DNA of 63,492 bases, counting the filler, from Octopus bimaculoides (Eukaryota), in the NCBI RefSeq assembly GCF_001194135.2. It is 4 parts of 4 records of this genome, joined end to end, with 100 filler letters (N's around TTAATTAATTAA, not from the genome) between each part and the next. Parts side by side here need not be neighbours in the genome. Positions count along the whole stretch, not along the records: positions 1 to 27,150 come from NC_068981.1; positions 27,251 to 40,998 come from NC_068987.1; 2 more parts are not named here. One strand, 5' to 3'. The stretch's first letter is position 1. Every line of letters starts with the position of its first letter. The position numbers and the translations under genes were made by a program. The notes beneath the pieces were generated by a model. The model did not search any database and was not told the origin of the DNA. It worked only from the letters and a program-made list of their open reading frames with translations. Below, piece after piece: positions 25,577 through 37,841 of the stretch.

Positions 25577-25776
25577 TTTATAAATATTTTAATGCATCGC
25601 TACGCGCGTTTCCAGAAATCACGTATCCCTTGAGATCATAGTCCATATTCCTGGGGTGATTAGTGCATGGATATTACGGACTGTACTGTAATTATCCCAG
25701 AAATACGGACTATGACCTTAAGTGACACGTGATTTGTGGAAACGTGCGCAACGCGATGCATTGAAATATTTATAAA
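25577..25776. mobile_element. Foldback/MITE-like 200-bp inverted repeat
   Basis: About 80-bp arms TTTATAAATATTT.AATGCATCGC...TCATAGTCC.TATT.CTGGG pair imperfectly. Confidence 0.7.
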
Positions 25777-25913
25777 TTTCATATCATTGATTATTATTTT
25801 GTATTATTACTATATTTTTCCTACCTTATATCGGCACAGCTCGGTGTGACCCCTAAAAACGGGTATCGCCAGCTGGTACCATTAGGCTGTAGCCGGCATA
25901 ATAAAACAGGAGC

Positions 25914-26053
25914 TTTACCAAATCCACTCACAAGGCTTTCGTCATCCCGAAGCTATAGTAGAAGACACATGGTCAAGATGCCATGAAGTGGGGGATGAAC
26001 CCGGAACCATGTGGTTGGGAGGCAAACTTCTTATCACACAGCCACGCCTGCGC
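25914..26053 (-). mobile_element. SINE family A head
   Basis: Reverse complement begins GGCGCAGGCGTGGCTGTGTGATAAG...CCACATGGTTCCGGGTTCA. Confidence 0.85.
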
Positions 26054-26058
26054 CTATA

Positions 26059-26117
<59 letters not shown>

Positions 26118-26534
26118 NNNNNNNNNNNNNNNNNNNNNNNNNNNNNNNNNNNNNNNNNNNNNNNNNNNNNNNNNNNNNNNNNNNNNNNNNNNNNNNNNNN
26201 NNNNNNNNNNNNNNNNNNNNNNNNNNNNNNNNNNNNNNNNNNNNNNNNNNNNNNNNNNNNNNNNNNNNNNNNNNNNNNNNNNNNNNNNNNNNNNNNNNNN
26301 NNNNNNNNNNNNNNNNNNNNNNNNNNNNNNNNNNNNNNNNNNNNNNNNNNNNNNNNNNNNNNNNNNNNNNNAAAAAAGTTCGTTTTCTGTTTTCGTTTCT
26401 CATTGTGTTTAACGTTTTTTTTTTGTTTTTTTTTTATGTCCTGTACACATATATGCATGTATGTATACATATAGATGTAGGTATGTACATATATATATGG
26501 ATATATGCATGTATCTATATATTATTTATATTAT

Positions 26535-26573
<39 letters not shown>

Positions 26574-27150
26574 TAGCACGCCCGAGACAGTGCTTGGCTG
26601 AAGAGGTTTTATAAAAGCGAAAATCTCCGAAATGATCTCCCATACGTACTGGTTTAATAAAAACCGATAGCCATTGGCTAATATTGCTATTTCTAATTAA
26701 CTTTTTTTAATACTCCCTACATTACGTATATTTACACAGCATTCTATTAATTTTTGTTTTTTTGCTAGTTTTTTTTTTCTTCTCTTTCTCTTTCCCCATT
26801 AACCCCGCCACCCGCCCACCTTTTTTCTGATTATATTTTGATGCAGATAGATTGATATATTTACTGAGAGAAGATCTCACTACTTTCAATCATCAATTAA
26901 ACCATAACTCATCATTTACATGTTCACATTTTTACCATCAAACGATCTTTTCTCTATCGTGCAAGTTCAGAAAATTTGCACCGATTTATTTAAGTCTCCG
27001 TCTTTGATGAAAGCTCTTCCATCAGAGCCTCAGCTTGCGCCAACATGCAATACAGAGTGCCTTGTCGACAAGCCCTTTCAATACACACTTTGTAAATTTT
27101 CTCACAGCGGCTAATAAACCCCACACATTGAATATATATATATATATATA

Positions 27151-27250
27151 NNNNNNNNNNNNNNNNNNNNNNNNNNNNNNNNNNNNNNNNNNNNTTAATT
27201 AATTAANNNNNNNNNNNNNNNNNNNNNNNNNNNNNNNNNNNNNNNNNNNN
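27151..27250. other. Artificial assembly spacer (44N-TTAATTAATTAA-44N)
   Basis: Identical 100-bp structure at 40999 and 59236; the 12-mer places stops in all six frames. Confidence 0.9.
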
Positions 27251-27537
27251 CCCGACCTTGCTCCTTCAGACTACCATTTATTTCGTAGTTTACAGAATCA
27301 TTTGGAGGACATAACTTTTGCAAGCCAGGAGGAGGTCGAAACTGACATTTCAGAGTTCTTCGCTTTGAAACCAAAAGAGCTTTACATTGATGGGATTAAA
27401 AAGCTTGTAAATAGATGGAAGGAAGTCATAGATAATCAGGGAAAGTACATTGATGATTAAATTTGAATTAAATATAACATTTGATCACTTGCTTTCTTTA
27501 TTCAAAAATCGCACAGAACTTATGGGATGACCTGATA
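27251..27537 (+). mobile_element. Mariner transposase C-terminus and right TIR
   Basis: 27251-27460 translates without stops as PDLAPSDYHLFRSLQNHL...RWKEVIDNQGKYIDD* (mariner YSPDLAPSD motif), followed by a TIR-like end ...GGGATGACCTGATA and a TA run. Confidence 0.9.
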
Positions 27538-28259
27538 TATATATATATCTATACATCTATACATATATATGTATATGGAACCTGGTTTATCATTTTAGGT
27601 ATGTTTCTACTGTAAGGGAGGAGCCTAAGTTTTAAAAACACAGCTAAAATCAGTCACCTTTCTAGATGTTGTAAAAAGAGCCACTATATACACAAGCAAT
27701 CCAACCCTCCCAAAAGTGTAATTATAAACCGAGTATCATATCTCTAAAACTTGCTTTTTTATCTCCCAAAGCATGCTCCATGAAATAGCAATTCTATATA
27801 TTTGCATTATAGAGAAGTTCTGAATAAGAGTGTTTATAATAACAAGGTAGAATATATATAAACACCACGCCTACAGTAAACAAAAAAAAAAATGTAAAAA
27901 TAGAAAAAAGGACATTTATCTAGTTCAGTCCCCCTTCACCTTACAAATCTCTCCATTAATGGGCAAATTAATTTTCAGCGTACTCCAAAATCATTTCCAC
28001 CCTAACTACATGTGTTACAAATTAATAAACAAACACAGCATAAAAATATCATATATACACACACGTTAATATCGGACAGTGAGAATGAGTGCTCAACGCT
28101 GAATTGGTGGAGAAATATTCTTTAAAAGAAGTATATATATATATATATATTCTACATTTATTAGAATTTGAAAGTTTAATTCATCGAATAAATGGGGATT
28201 CGCTCTCACTCACTCTTTCCTGCTTGTGATTTTGCTATGATCCAAGTGGTTGCAATGAA

Positions 28260-28860
28260 GAAATTGTGCGAATGTGCCTGGGCATTCCACCAAACTTTAG
28301 AGCAAATTACTCAGGCTATATTTATCAATTCCATCAGTGGTGGAATAAGTCAAAACTAAAAGTAGAGCAATCAGCAGCACATTGCAGTTATTTGATAATG
28401 AAAGAGTCAGACACGCCAACAAGATCATAAAAGAGCTGCAGGGAGTGGAAGCCCCAGGAAATTGTGGAAGAAGCGGAGACATACAGGAAACACCAAGAAA
28501 TTGGTAGAGTTGTCTGTCAAATATGGCTTTGACAGACGGAGAAATGATAATGTCAAGGGAGGGAGGGAGAGAGAGGGCGAGAGGGCGAGAGAGAGAGAGG
28601 AGAGGGAAAGAGCTCACGGTACAGAGTACCCGAGAAACCGAATAAAGTAGAGAATCAGGCACTCGAGCAAATAATGTCCTGGAGAGAACCCTAGAGAACT
28701 GACATGAGAAAATTGGATTTTCTTCTTGTGTGCTGGCACTGACCTCTTTCTAACACAGATAACCTCAAAATCTGGAGCATAAAAGAAGACCCATCCTGTT
28801 TATGGGCATGTAAATGACTGGCAAATATTTTGTAGATGCAACAAAATTATCTTCTAAGTG
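28260..28860 (+). pseudogene. Degenerate RLE-type (HERO/NeSL-like) LINE fragment
   Basis: Broken frames give CLGIPPNF, PSVVE*VK...ERVRHA, EWKPQEIVEEAE...HQEIG and NLKIWSIKEDPSC, resembling the post-RT region of such elements (recalled consensus). Confidence 0.5.
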
Positions 28861-29029
28861 TGTTTTAAGTAAAGAATTAAGAGAAATAGAAAAAAAAAGA
28901 CGTTTTAAAATTTTATGCCTGTAAATCAGTTTGAAAAGGCGAGTGGAACGGTTTTTGACAATTGCAGGTTAGTGCCTGGGATAGGGACAGTGTAGGTGTA
29001 TTTTCATTTTTTCTTTGTAGCATGCAATG

Positions 29030-29760
29030 TGAGAAGCGATTTTATCTCAATAAGAGATAAAATTGTGCTCTTTAAAAAAAGCAAGTAGCATTTATGTGAG
29101 CATGGGTAATGAGGTCTACTGGTGAATAAAATGCTTGTTCTTATGGTCGCCAACGCATGTAGGTTTAATAGAGAATTGAACGCTGTTATTTTCTTCTTCT
29201 GCCAAAAAACCCTTCCCGGAGAAAGAGAAAGTGGACTCTCTTTGCACATTAGCTTCTTAAAATCAGGATTCGATAACGGCTCTTTGCAACGAGTCGCAGT
29301 TCTCTCTTGGGTTATATTAGAGCTTCTTCGACCAAATCTATCTCCTAAGTTTGTAAGTATTACTAGGAATGGCTGGGATTATTATGAAAGTAAAAGGTTT
29401 TCTCATTAGGATTTTTGTTGGGGTAACAATGGTCTGCTTTGAAGCTTAAAATAATATCCAAGGAGTTGATCGTAGCAAATCGTTGATGGTAGTGATGTTT
29501 AAGCTAAATTCGTTGAAGATTCTTATTTAGTTCTTCTTAAATCTATGCATAGAAGGATCGTTCTTATTTTCGAAATTTCCAGACTTTCGTCTCTGTACAT
29601 AGTCGAGCATCACAGATTAAATTTCTTTCTCAACTCTAAATGTAGGCTAATCAATCCCCTTTAAAAGTGAAAAAGCGGAAAGTAATGCTATTTTCGTTGC
29701 CATCAATTTTGATCTTGGACTGGATTAATCTGGTAGAACAGCAACGTCATCGTTATCAAA
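29030..29760 (-). pseudogene. Penelope-like RT remnant
   Basis: Broken frames give MYRDESLEI, RIFNEFSLNIT, KNPNEKTFYFHNNPSH and KKKITAFN...HYPCSHKCY, colinear with the Penelope ORF at 55200-56000. Confidence 0.6.
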
Positions 29761-30416
29761 TTCTTTGGCAGTATTAAGAACTAAAAGAACCTAAAATTTT
29801 ACACGGTTCGAAATCGAGAAATCTTTACCGTTCTCTATCCAAACACCGCCGCCCGCATTCTCTACTTGCTCAAGAGACAATTTACTAGGGTCGGTGTCTT
29901 CAAAAGTCGAAAATCTTTAGGTGCTGTACAGTTATTGTTACAAACGGTGGCTCTTGTTGGATGAAACGAAACAACTCGTTGATATGGGAAACGAAGACAG
30001 AGCGGAGGTTGCAGATCTATTTGTCTGTCTATCTATCTCTCCATGCCGGTGTGCGTGTGTGTGTGTGCATGGCTATGTACATAAGTTATATTATATTCAA
30101 TGTAATTTTACTTTATATAGTCCCCCCAACGGTCAATTTCTGTATTAATCTTATTAGCCACTGACTGTCTCTATTGTTATCGTGTGACTCATTCTATCTT
30201 TTACTATTAATTAAGTTGTACTTAAGCAGAGAATCTAATAAAATGGGCATTGAGCAGGAAAACAGAGACAGTAGTCTGGTATATAAAGCTTACCAATCTC
30301 ATTCCCCATGTACTTGTAATTCTAGCAAATTAATCAATGAAATGAAGGATCGTTTAAATACGCCTACGACAATAAATTGTTGATAATGCACTTTCGTTCA
30401 TTATATTTTTTCTAAT

Positions 30417-30740
30417 AGGCACAGGAGTGGCTCTGTGGTAAGGAGCTTGCTTCCCAACCACATGGTTCCGGGTTCAGTCCCACTGCGTGACACCTTGGGT
30501 GTCTTCTACTATAGCCTCGGGCTTATGAGTGGATTTGACGGAAACTGAAAAAAAGACNNNNNNNNNNNNNNNNNNNNNNNNNNNNNNNNNNNNNNNNNNN
30601 NNNNNNNNNNNNNNNNNNNNNNNNNNNNNNNNNNNNNNNNNNNNNNNNNNNNNNNNNNNNNNNNNNNNNNNNNNNNNNNNNNNNNNNNNNNNNNNNNNNN
30701 NNNNNNNNNNNNNNNNNNNNNNNNNNNNNNNNNNNNNNNN

Positions 30741-30775
<35 letters not shown>

Positions 30776-30982
30776 TATTTATATGTCTGTGCTTGTCCTC
30801 ACACCATCGCTTGACAACCGATATTGGTGTGTTTATGTCTCCGTAACTCAGCGGTCCGGTAAATGAGACCGAGAGAATAAGTACTAGGCTTGCAAAGAAT
30901 AACTCATGGGGGGTCGATTTGCTTGACTAAGGCGATGCTCCAGTATGGCCGTAGTCAAATGACTGAAACAAGTAAAAGAATA
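30417..30982 (+). mobile_element. Near full-length SINE family A with internal (TA)n microsatellite/gap
   Basis: Head GGCACAGGAGTGGCTCTGTGG...GGTTCAGTCCC; 3' end ...GTCAAATGACTGAAACAAGTAAAAGA. Confidence 0.9.
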
Positions 30983-31073
30983 CTCTATGATTAATGCACC
31001 GAAAATAATTGGTGACCTACACTCTGGATTGGATTTACAAATTGTATCTGCCACAAGAAAGGAATACATATAT

Positions 31074-31157
<84 letters not shown>

Positions 31158-31600
31158 GTATATATATATATATACATATATTTATATATATAAATGTGTA
31201 TATATATGTATATATATATATACATATATATATGTATATATATGCATATATATGTATATATATGTATATATATGTATATATATATATACATATATATGTA
31301 TATATATATGTATACATATATATATGTATATATATATGTATGTATATATATATGTATGTATATATATATATATATGTATGTGTGTATATNNNNNNNNNNA
31401 CCCAGAGGCTTGCCCCTAACACTTACGTTTGATACTTTATCAACACTTTTAGTCATGGAATGGCAATCGGTCGATGGAAATCAAGAGCTTCAAACCTAAA
31501 GAAAGTTACGTTTGTAACAGGCAACTGATGGTGTAAGGTATCCCGCGACTGACAAATTTCTTCATCGAATCAAATTCCAACACACAGACGCACAGACACA

Positions 31601-31635
<35 letters not shown>

Positions 31636-32049
31636 CATACAATTTCATATACCATACAGAAATTAGTGAAACCATTGGAAAACTTTATCAAGCCACGTTA
31701 CGATCAACACTATCACAATCGTTTTAGAAGTCAGTGAGTCCATTCAATGCACCTTGCCCACATTCAACAGTTATAAATGTTGCAGTTTAACTGATTAAAA
31801 TATGGTCATATAAAACGTCTCTGCGGAAATCAAAATGGGAAGAATTTAAACGGGTAAATATTTGAGGTAAAACTCAATAGGTATGTACATACATTATTCT
31901 GTCTAAATACGGAAGTTATTTCACAATAATTTCAGGGATGCCTCTTTTACATTTACATGAATAAAGGATAAGTAGTATGTCTATGCTTGTTTATCAGGGG
32001 TTTCAAAGCAAAAAAAAACAAAAAACAAAAAAAAAACACCCAGTGATAA

Positions 32050-32507
32050 ATGAATCATTTCCACACAATTTGTAAATGGAGCAAATAGCAAATTCATTGA
32101 CACCAAACTCACGGCCCATAGTAGTGAGACTCCCACCGTTGCGTATTTTCTTGATCATTTGTACCTTTCCTTGTTGGGAATACATTTGTCTAGGTCATTT
32201 GTTAGAATCAGGCGCTGTTGTATTTTTTCTGTTCATTGGTTCTCATATTGATGAGCATGAATACGTAAATCCGGATGAAAATTAAGCAGAATCGCAGTAC
32301 GGTCATGTAAACGCAAGTGATAGCCAATGCATTGTAGGTAGCCGAATATTGGTGGTCGCTGCGGGTTGTTTTTACGGTACAAACAGAATCTTTGACTGAT
32401 CGCCGGCCCATGTTATCATAAATAAGCGTAATATGGTTCACAGTTGAGCGTATTGCGTTATCACGGATCAGTGATAAATAAATGAATGATAAACCAGGTT
32501 CCATGTA
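32050..32507 (-). mobile_element. Tigger/pogo-like 5' end (TIR + HTH-psq N-terminus)
   Basis: ORF GKVQMIKKIRNGGSLTTMGREFGVNEFAICSI resembles a CENP-B/Tigger N-terminal HTH; a TIR-like 20-mer sits at 32485-32504 next to TA. Confidence 0.6.
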
Positions 32508-32984
32508 CAGTAAATTTTAGTTTTATAATTATTGTTAAGCCTAAGGTTGGCCCTGATCGACAATATCTAGGGTCAAAGTTGTCCTATCTATTAACATCTC
32601 ACCTCTTCAGACCTAATGCATCTAAAACTACGTTATCCAAGTTACTTTTCCTTTACAAAGGATGTTAATTGTGAGAAATTGGCAGCTATTTCTAGCAGGT
32701 TGAGTGACTGAGGAGTTCCAAAGTAGTACAATATAAAGTGATGTGTGCTTGCATGTGTGTATGTTGTGCCTGTGCATATATATTTGTATATACTTAGGTA
32801 TGTGAATGTATACGTATTTTTGTCTTATGTAATATATATATATATATTTATATATATGTACATACATACATTCATTCATATAAAATACTTCATCCATAAT
32901 TGTTTGTCCGACAAATATATAGATTAAATATTATGAATAAAATATCTTATCCACAGTCAGAATTAACTTGTCGCTCCTGGTATA

Positions 32985-33290
32985 TAATAAAACAGGAAAT
33001 TGGAAAAATATTTGGTATTATTTATTCACCATTCCACATGTTTCATTTGCTAATATGAGTTAAAAAGTTTTACATGTAAGATAGACATATAAGCAATTTT
33101 CCATGAGAAATTCTTCAAACAGAGAATCGAATAATATTATTCGATCATCTGTCTCAAGAGTTTGTTTTAGGAAATCTCTTACTTGTCTATCTAACATGTA
33201 AAACTTTGTAATTCCTATTAGTAAATGAAACATGTGTAATGGTAAATAAATAATACCAAATATTTTTTTCAATTTCCTGTTTTGTTATGC
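32985..33290. mobile_element. AT-rich foldback/MITE-like element with about 115-bp inverted arms
   Basis: AAAACAGGAAATTG...ACATGT.AGATAGACA is mirrored at 33175-33290. Confidence 0.7.
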
Positions 33291-34342
33291 AATAGCTCTA
33301 CAAAAAAATATTTCCATAATTTTTAACTCTACAACGACATCAGCTACATACTGGTTAATAAGCAGATGTGCTTCAAGAGGAAACAGCTAAAATTTACCCT
33401 ACCTACTTAATATACACATATATATATATATGTTTTTATATATATTTTTTAACGTATCGTTATAATATATATTGTTTATTATAGATGATAGAAGATAGGT
33501 GGGCAAAAAGGAAAAAAAGTCTGTAAAAAACAAAGTAAATAACTAAATATACGAGAGAAAGCATAACCGAAGCAAAACAGGCCAACAAGCAATTTCAGGA
33601 AGTTTAGTAAAGAATTGAAAATTACCTACCAAAGTGAGCTAGTGATAGATCATGTCTGATGTACAAGTCTCCAGGGATAAATAATTGCACAATATAAGTA
33701 TAGAATAAATTGGCTTACACATAGAGAGGGCCTTATCGCAGAAGACTTATGACCTGAAAGAACCGTTAATAACATTTATTACACAAATATAGAACTTTGG
33801 TTTAGGAGTTAATAAATAAGACATATTGATCATATTATCGATATAGTTAAAAGGATTTAAGGGTTGGCGACCGAAAAAGGGTAGTGAGCTTGGTTGAACG
33901 CTAGAGAAAGTGAAGTATTTCGTTCAAATTCCGTCGAAGTCGATTTTGGCCTTCATCTACTCAGAATTGTTAAACTAAGAAACAGCTTGATACGAGTTGG
34001 GCAAGTGCATTATATTCCCTCTTTACAAAATCTTATGGTCTATCTTTTCCGTTAGAGAATAAAAGTAAGGATTGTCTCGAGTCTGAGGACTCATATGGTC
34101 GGTTCCCCGATTCCCGTGGCGTAAATGTCAAAATATTCCACGTGAAGAGAACGACAGTCCGTCGTAGGGTTACTCATTGGAGAGGAGCAATGTGAAGCAA
34201 AGTGTTTTGCTGAAGAACACAACGCACCACCCGGTCCGGGAATCGAAACGTTGATTTTGCGATTGTGAGTAATAATAAAGATGATAATAATTTGAGGTAT
34301 TAGCCACAAGGGCCTAAGAGATTAAGGACAACGCAAAGACAC

Positions 34343-34840
34343 GATGAGAGGGATAACTTCCCTTGGCAAAACAAACAGGACACAGAAGTGTGTCGATAAG
34401 CCAGCTGGAGGAGATGTCCTCCTGGGGCTAAAAGCAACAGTAACATCCATCCCTAGGGGTCAGCCACATTTAAGTGGCAATATACTTCACTTTATCGTGC
34501 AGTTACTGTTAATACCTCATTTAGAGAATTAACATTGCTTGTTTTCACTTTTTCGATATCAGTGAATAATTTCACTGGAAATAGATACATAAAGTTTGCC
34601 AAGAATTATCCTTCTCATCGCAGATCGGTGGCTATCGGACGCTGACGAAGGGAAATAACCCTGAAACCCGGGTCCGTTCGTGCTACAGATCATGATGAGA
34701 GGGATAACATCCCTTGGCAAAACAAACAGGACACAGAAGTGTGTCGATAGGCCAGCTGGAGGAGATGTCCTCCTGGGGCTAAAAGCAACAGTAACATCCA
34801 CCCCTAGGGGTCAGCCACATTTAAGTGGCAATATACTTCA
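34343..34840 (+). mobile_element. 351-bp-period direct repeat (about 1.4 units) enclosing a hammerhead; retrozyme-like
   Basis: 34343-34489 and 34694-34840 are 147-bp copies with 3 mismatches by eye; the hammerhead lies between them. Confidence 0.75.
34636..34680 (+). ncRNA. Type I hammerhead ribozyme with palindromic stem III
   Basis: CGGACG-CUGACGA-AGGG-AAAUAA-CCCU-GAAA-CCCGGG-UC/CGUUCG. The core is perfect, stem I has 6 bp (one G-U), stem II 4 bp, ACCCGGGU is self-complementary, and the triplet is GUC. Confidence 0.88.
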
Positions 34841-34866
34841 ATATAATTAATGTTATCCTTCTATCA

Positions 34867-35085
34867 AGGCTGCGAGCTGGCAGAAACGTTAGCACTCCGG
34901 GCGACATGCTTAGCGGTATTTTGTCTATCTTTACGTTCTGAGTTCAAATTCCGTCGAGGTCGACTTTGCCTTTCATCCTTTCGTGGTTGATATATAAAGT
35001 ACCAGTTGCGAACTGGGGTTGATCTAATCGACTGGCCCCTTCCCCCAAAATTTCGGGCCTTGTGCCTAGAGTAGAAATGAATATT
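34867..35085 (+). mobile_element. Full-length SINE family B
   Basis: GGCTGCGAGCTGGCAGAAACGTTAG...GAGTTCAAATTCC...GGCCTTGTGCCTAGAGTAGAAA. Confidence 0.9.
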
Positions 35086-35184
35086 ATCCTTCTATCCACT
35101 GTGTCTGTTTTACTTTTTTTTTTAGTATATAATTAATATTATACTTCTTGAAATGATTTCTACGTTGAATTCCTGAAACATTCC

Positions 35185-35264
<80 letters not shown>

Positions 35265-36949
35265 TGATTAAATCTAATGTAATTGTTTGTATTAACGAAC
35301 AAGGTCTGAAGAGCCTAAAAGTCATGAAGAGGAAAATTAGAATTTGTAACATTCATCCTCTTTCTTGGTGCTGTTAGAGGGGGTGGATGTAAACTGAAAT
35401 AACTTCTACCCGTAATTGAAAACGCTTCACAAATTTGACTAAGCTTGAGTTTATCTTCATTTACATTCTGCTCTTCGACTCGCATCTCAAATAAATGCTT
35501 CAAATTTCTACAAATGCATAAGGTATGATCAATCCAAGTCCTTGAATGGTATTATTGTATCTAGCCTGGAAGAACACAAGGAAAAGTTGACCTCAGCCAG
35601 ATTTGAGCTCAGAACAACATATTTTGTCGAACGATCTGACAAGTCTGCCAGTCTATCGCACTTCAAATATCTTATTCCTTTATAGCATTACACATCCAGT
35701 AGACGAGCATAACTAGAGGGAACAAGATCTTGAAATAGAGTCCATAGTGAGTCTTCTCAAAGTTGGGAAGGTAAGAATATAGACTGAAGAATTTCGCTAT
35801 GTGCTGCTACCGTGAATGAATGGTATATGTGGATAAGATATCACATTACATAGTCAGGAAATGTGAACTGATGTAAGAACCTCTATGTAGTTTCCCGATC
35901 TGCAAGAAATAGCTACCAAATATCTCTCATTCAAAAACGCAAGAACACATCGGGCGATGTAGTCATGACTGAAAAGCCTTTAGTCATGGGAATTATCAAT
36001 CAAGGTTGTCCTTGGTTAAACAACAGAAATCCTGATTGAAATCAGTTTTACAGATATTTTGTTGTCTTTCTAAAACCAGACATTATATTCTACGTGCTCT
36101 ATTTCATATTATTGTGACAAATGGATACAAGATTTTCTGAGGAGGTGTCAATAGGGATATTTACTAATTTGTACATACTCATGGCCAAAAGTGTCAAGCA
36201 GCTGTCTCTATTTAGGGAAGTAGCTATTAACGGAGGTAGCTATTGACGGAAAATCAACCTGAAAATATCCCGACTAAATACACCGGAATGATTTTATCAG
36301 TCAAGAATAGGAACAGTCTGATCGACTTTCTCATATTTTCCATTAAATCCTAGGTCAACTCCATGTCATGGTAGAAATTATTTGTTTAAAGTATCGTGCA
36401 GTGGGATCGAATACAAAACTACGCGATCGAATACGAAACTACATGACTGTGAAGGAAACTTATGATAAATCACTCCATGATAGATTGCACAAAATGATAC
36501 TGAACGAATATTGCAACCAATAAATAACATCTTCTCAACCAGAACTAACCAGAGTGACACAACAACCAGTCTGAAGAAGAAAAAGTGAAAAAAGAAAAAG
36601 AGGGCCAAAGTGTGCGAAAAAAATCAGAATTCTTCGTTAAAGCTCCATCTAAAGTCATTTAAGGTAAAATTTAAATGTATTTCTCTTGCGACATACTTGA
36701 AAAGTCTCTCCTGGAAATATTGAAGAACTTAATACCCATTAGGTATTTGTAGAACAATCATAATGTTTCATTTATATATGTATAACTGTAGCCACGGTGA
36801 ACATTTACAGTTTGTGGCCTGTGCTTTTTGGGAGTTAACTGTCCTAGGCAATTATACAACACAGAACTAGAAACAGAAAACAAATGTGACATCTGTTTGG
36901 TCATGTGTGATTCTCTCATGTGACATTCCTTTCGGCTTTAGTTTCGAAC

Positions 36950-37545
36950 ATCGTCTCCTGGTCTACATTGAACAAATATTTCCTTCAGCTTTTGCCGCTT
37001 ACTCTGATCTGATGCTTCTTGTCACTGTCTTTGAATTTGAGAAGACCGTCTTGACATCAAATCTTTGAGATTAGCATAACCTAATTTGTATCTTCTGTGA
37101 GTTCGGTTGGTTCATTTGGATGTCTGTCTGATGTCTATGATTCTCGGCATGTCACCTCAGCTTCACTTTAATTTTTTATAACTTCAAGAATTTTACCAAA
37201 GTCTGTTTGCTTCTGTTTCTCTTTCACTGTTCATTTGGCCTTCTATGAGCATAAATTTTTCGTGAGCTCTTCGCATTGTTCTTAGTTTATAGTTAAATTC
37301 GTCATATTTTATATTTCTGGATTGTGTGAGTGTCAGTAGAAAACATTTGCAGTATCGCATTCTTTTCACAATCATAAAAATATTAAGCCTAAAGATAGAG
37401 CTAGCTCGGCCCCCGAAATGGATACTCAACTGGGGATTCTGCGCTCGATCACTTCTTCTTTGGATGTTCTTGCCGAGATCTGGTGCCCTAAAGAGACAAA
37501 GTACCCAACCTTTTGGACGGTTTCCAGTATAATCTTTAGCTCCTT
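36950..37545 (-). pseudogene. Degenerate RTE-clade LINE RT C-terminal fragment
   Basis: ETVQKVGYFVSLGHQIS...IERRI, KLRTMRRAHEKFML and KILEVIK resemble the RTE post-RT region. Confidence 0.55.
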
Positions 37546-37742
37546 TCGTTTGTCCCTTTTTTGTTCGAGTTCATCTGGTGACTCACTGTTTTACTGACGA
37601 CCCACTGTTTTACTGACACACACACATTCACACACATACACACACACATACATACATAGATATATACGTGTGTGTGTATGTATGAATGATATATATATAT
37701 ATGTGTATGTGTGATATATATGTGTGTATATATATATATATG

Positions 37743-37841
<99 letters not shown>

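Noticed and set aside
29268-29352. Plus-strand open exon GFDNGSLQRVAVLSW...|gtaagt
   Set aside because: It lies antisense within a colinear Penelope RT remnant.
34343-34840. TRIM/LTR interpretation of the direct repeats (TG...CA ends)
   Set aside because: No PBS, PPT or TSD on either strand; the hammerhead points to a Penelope/retrozyme origin.
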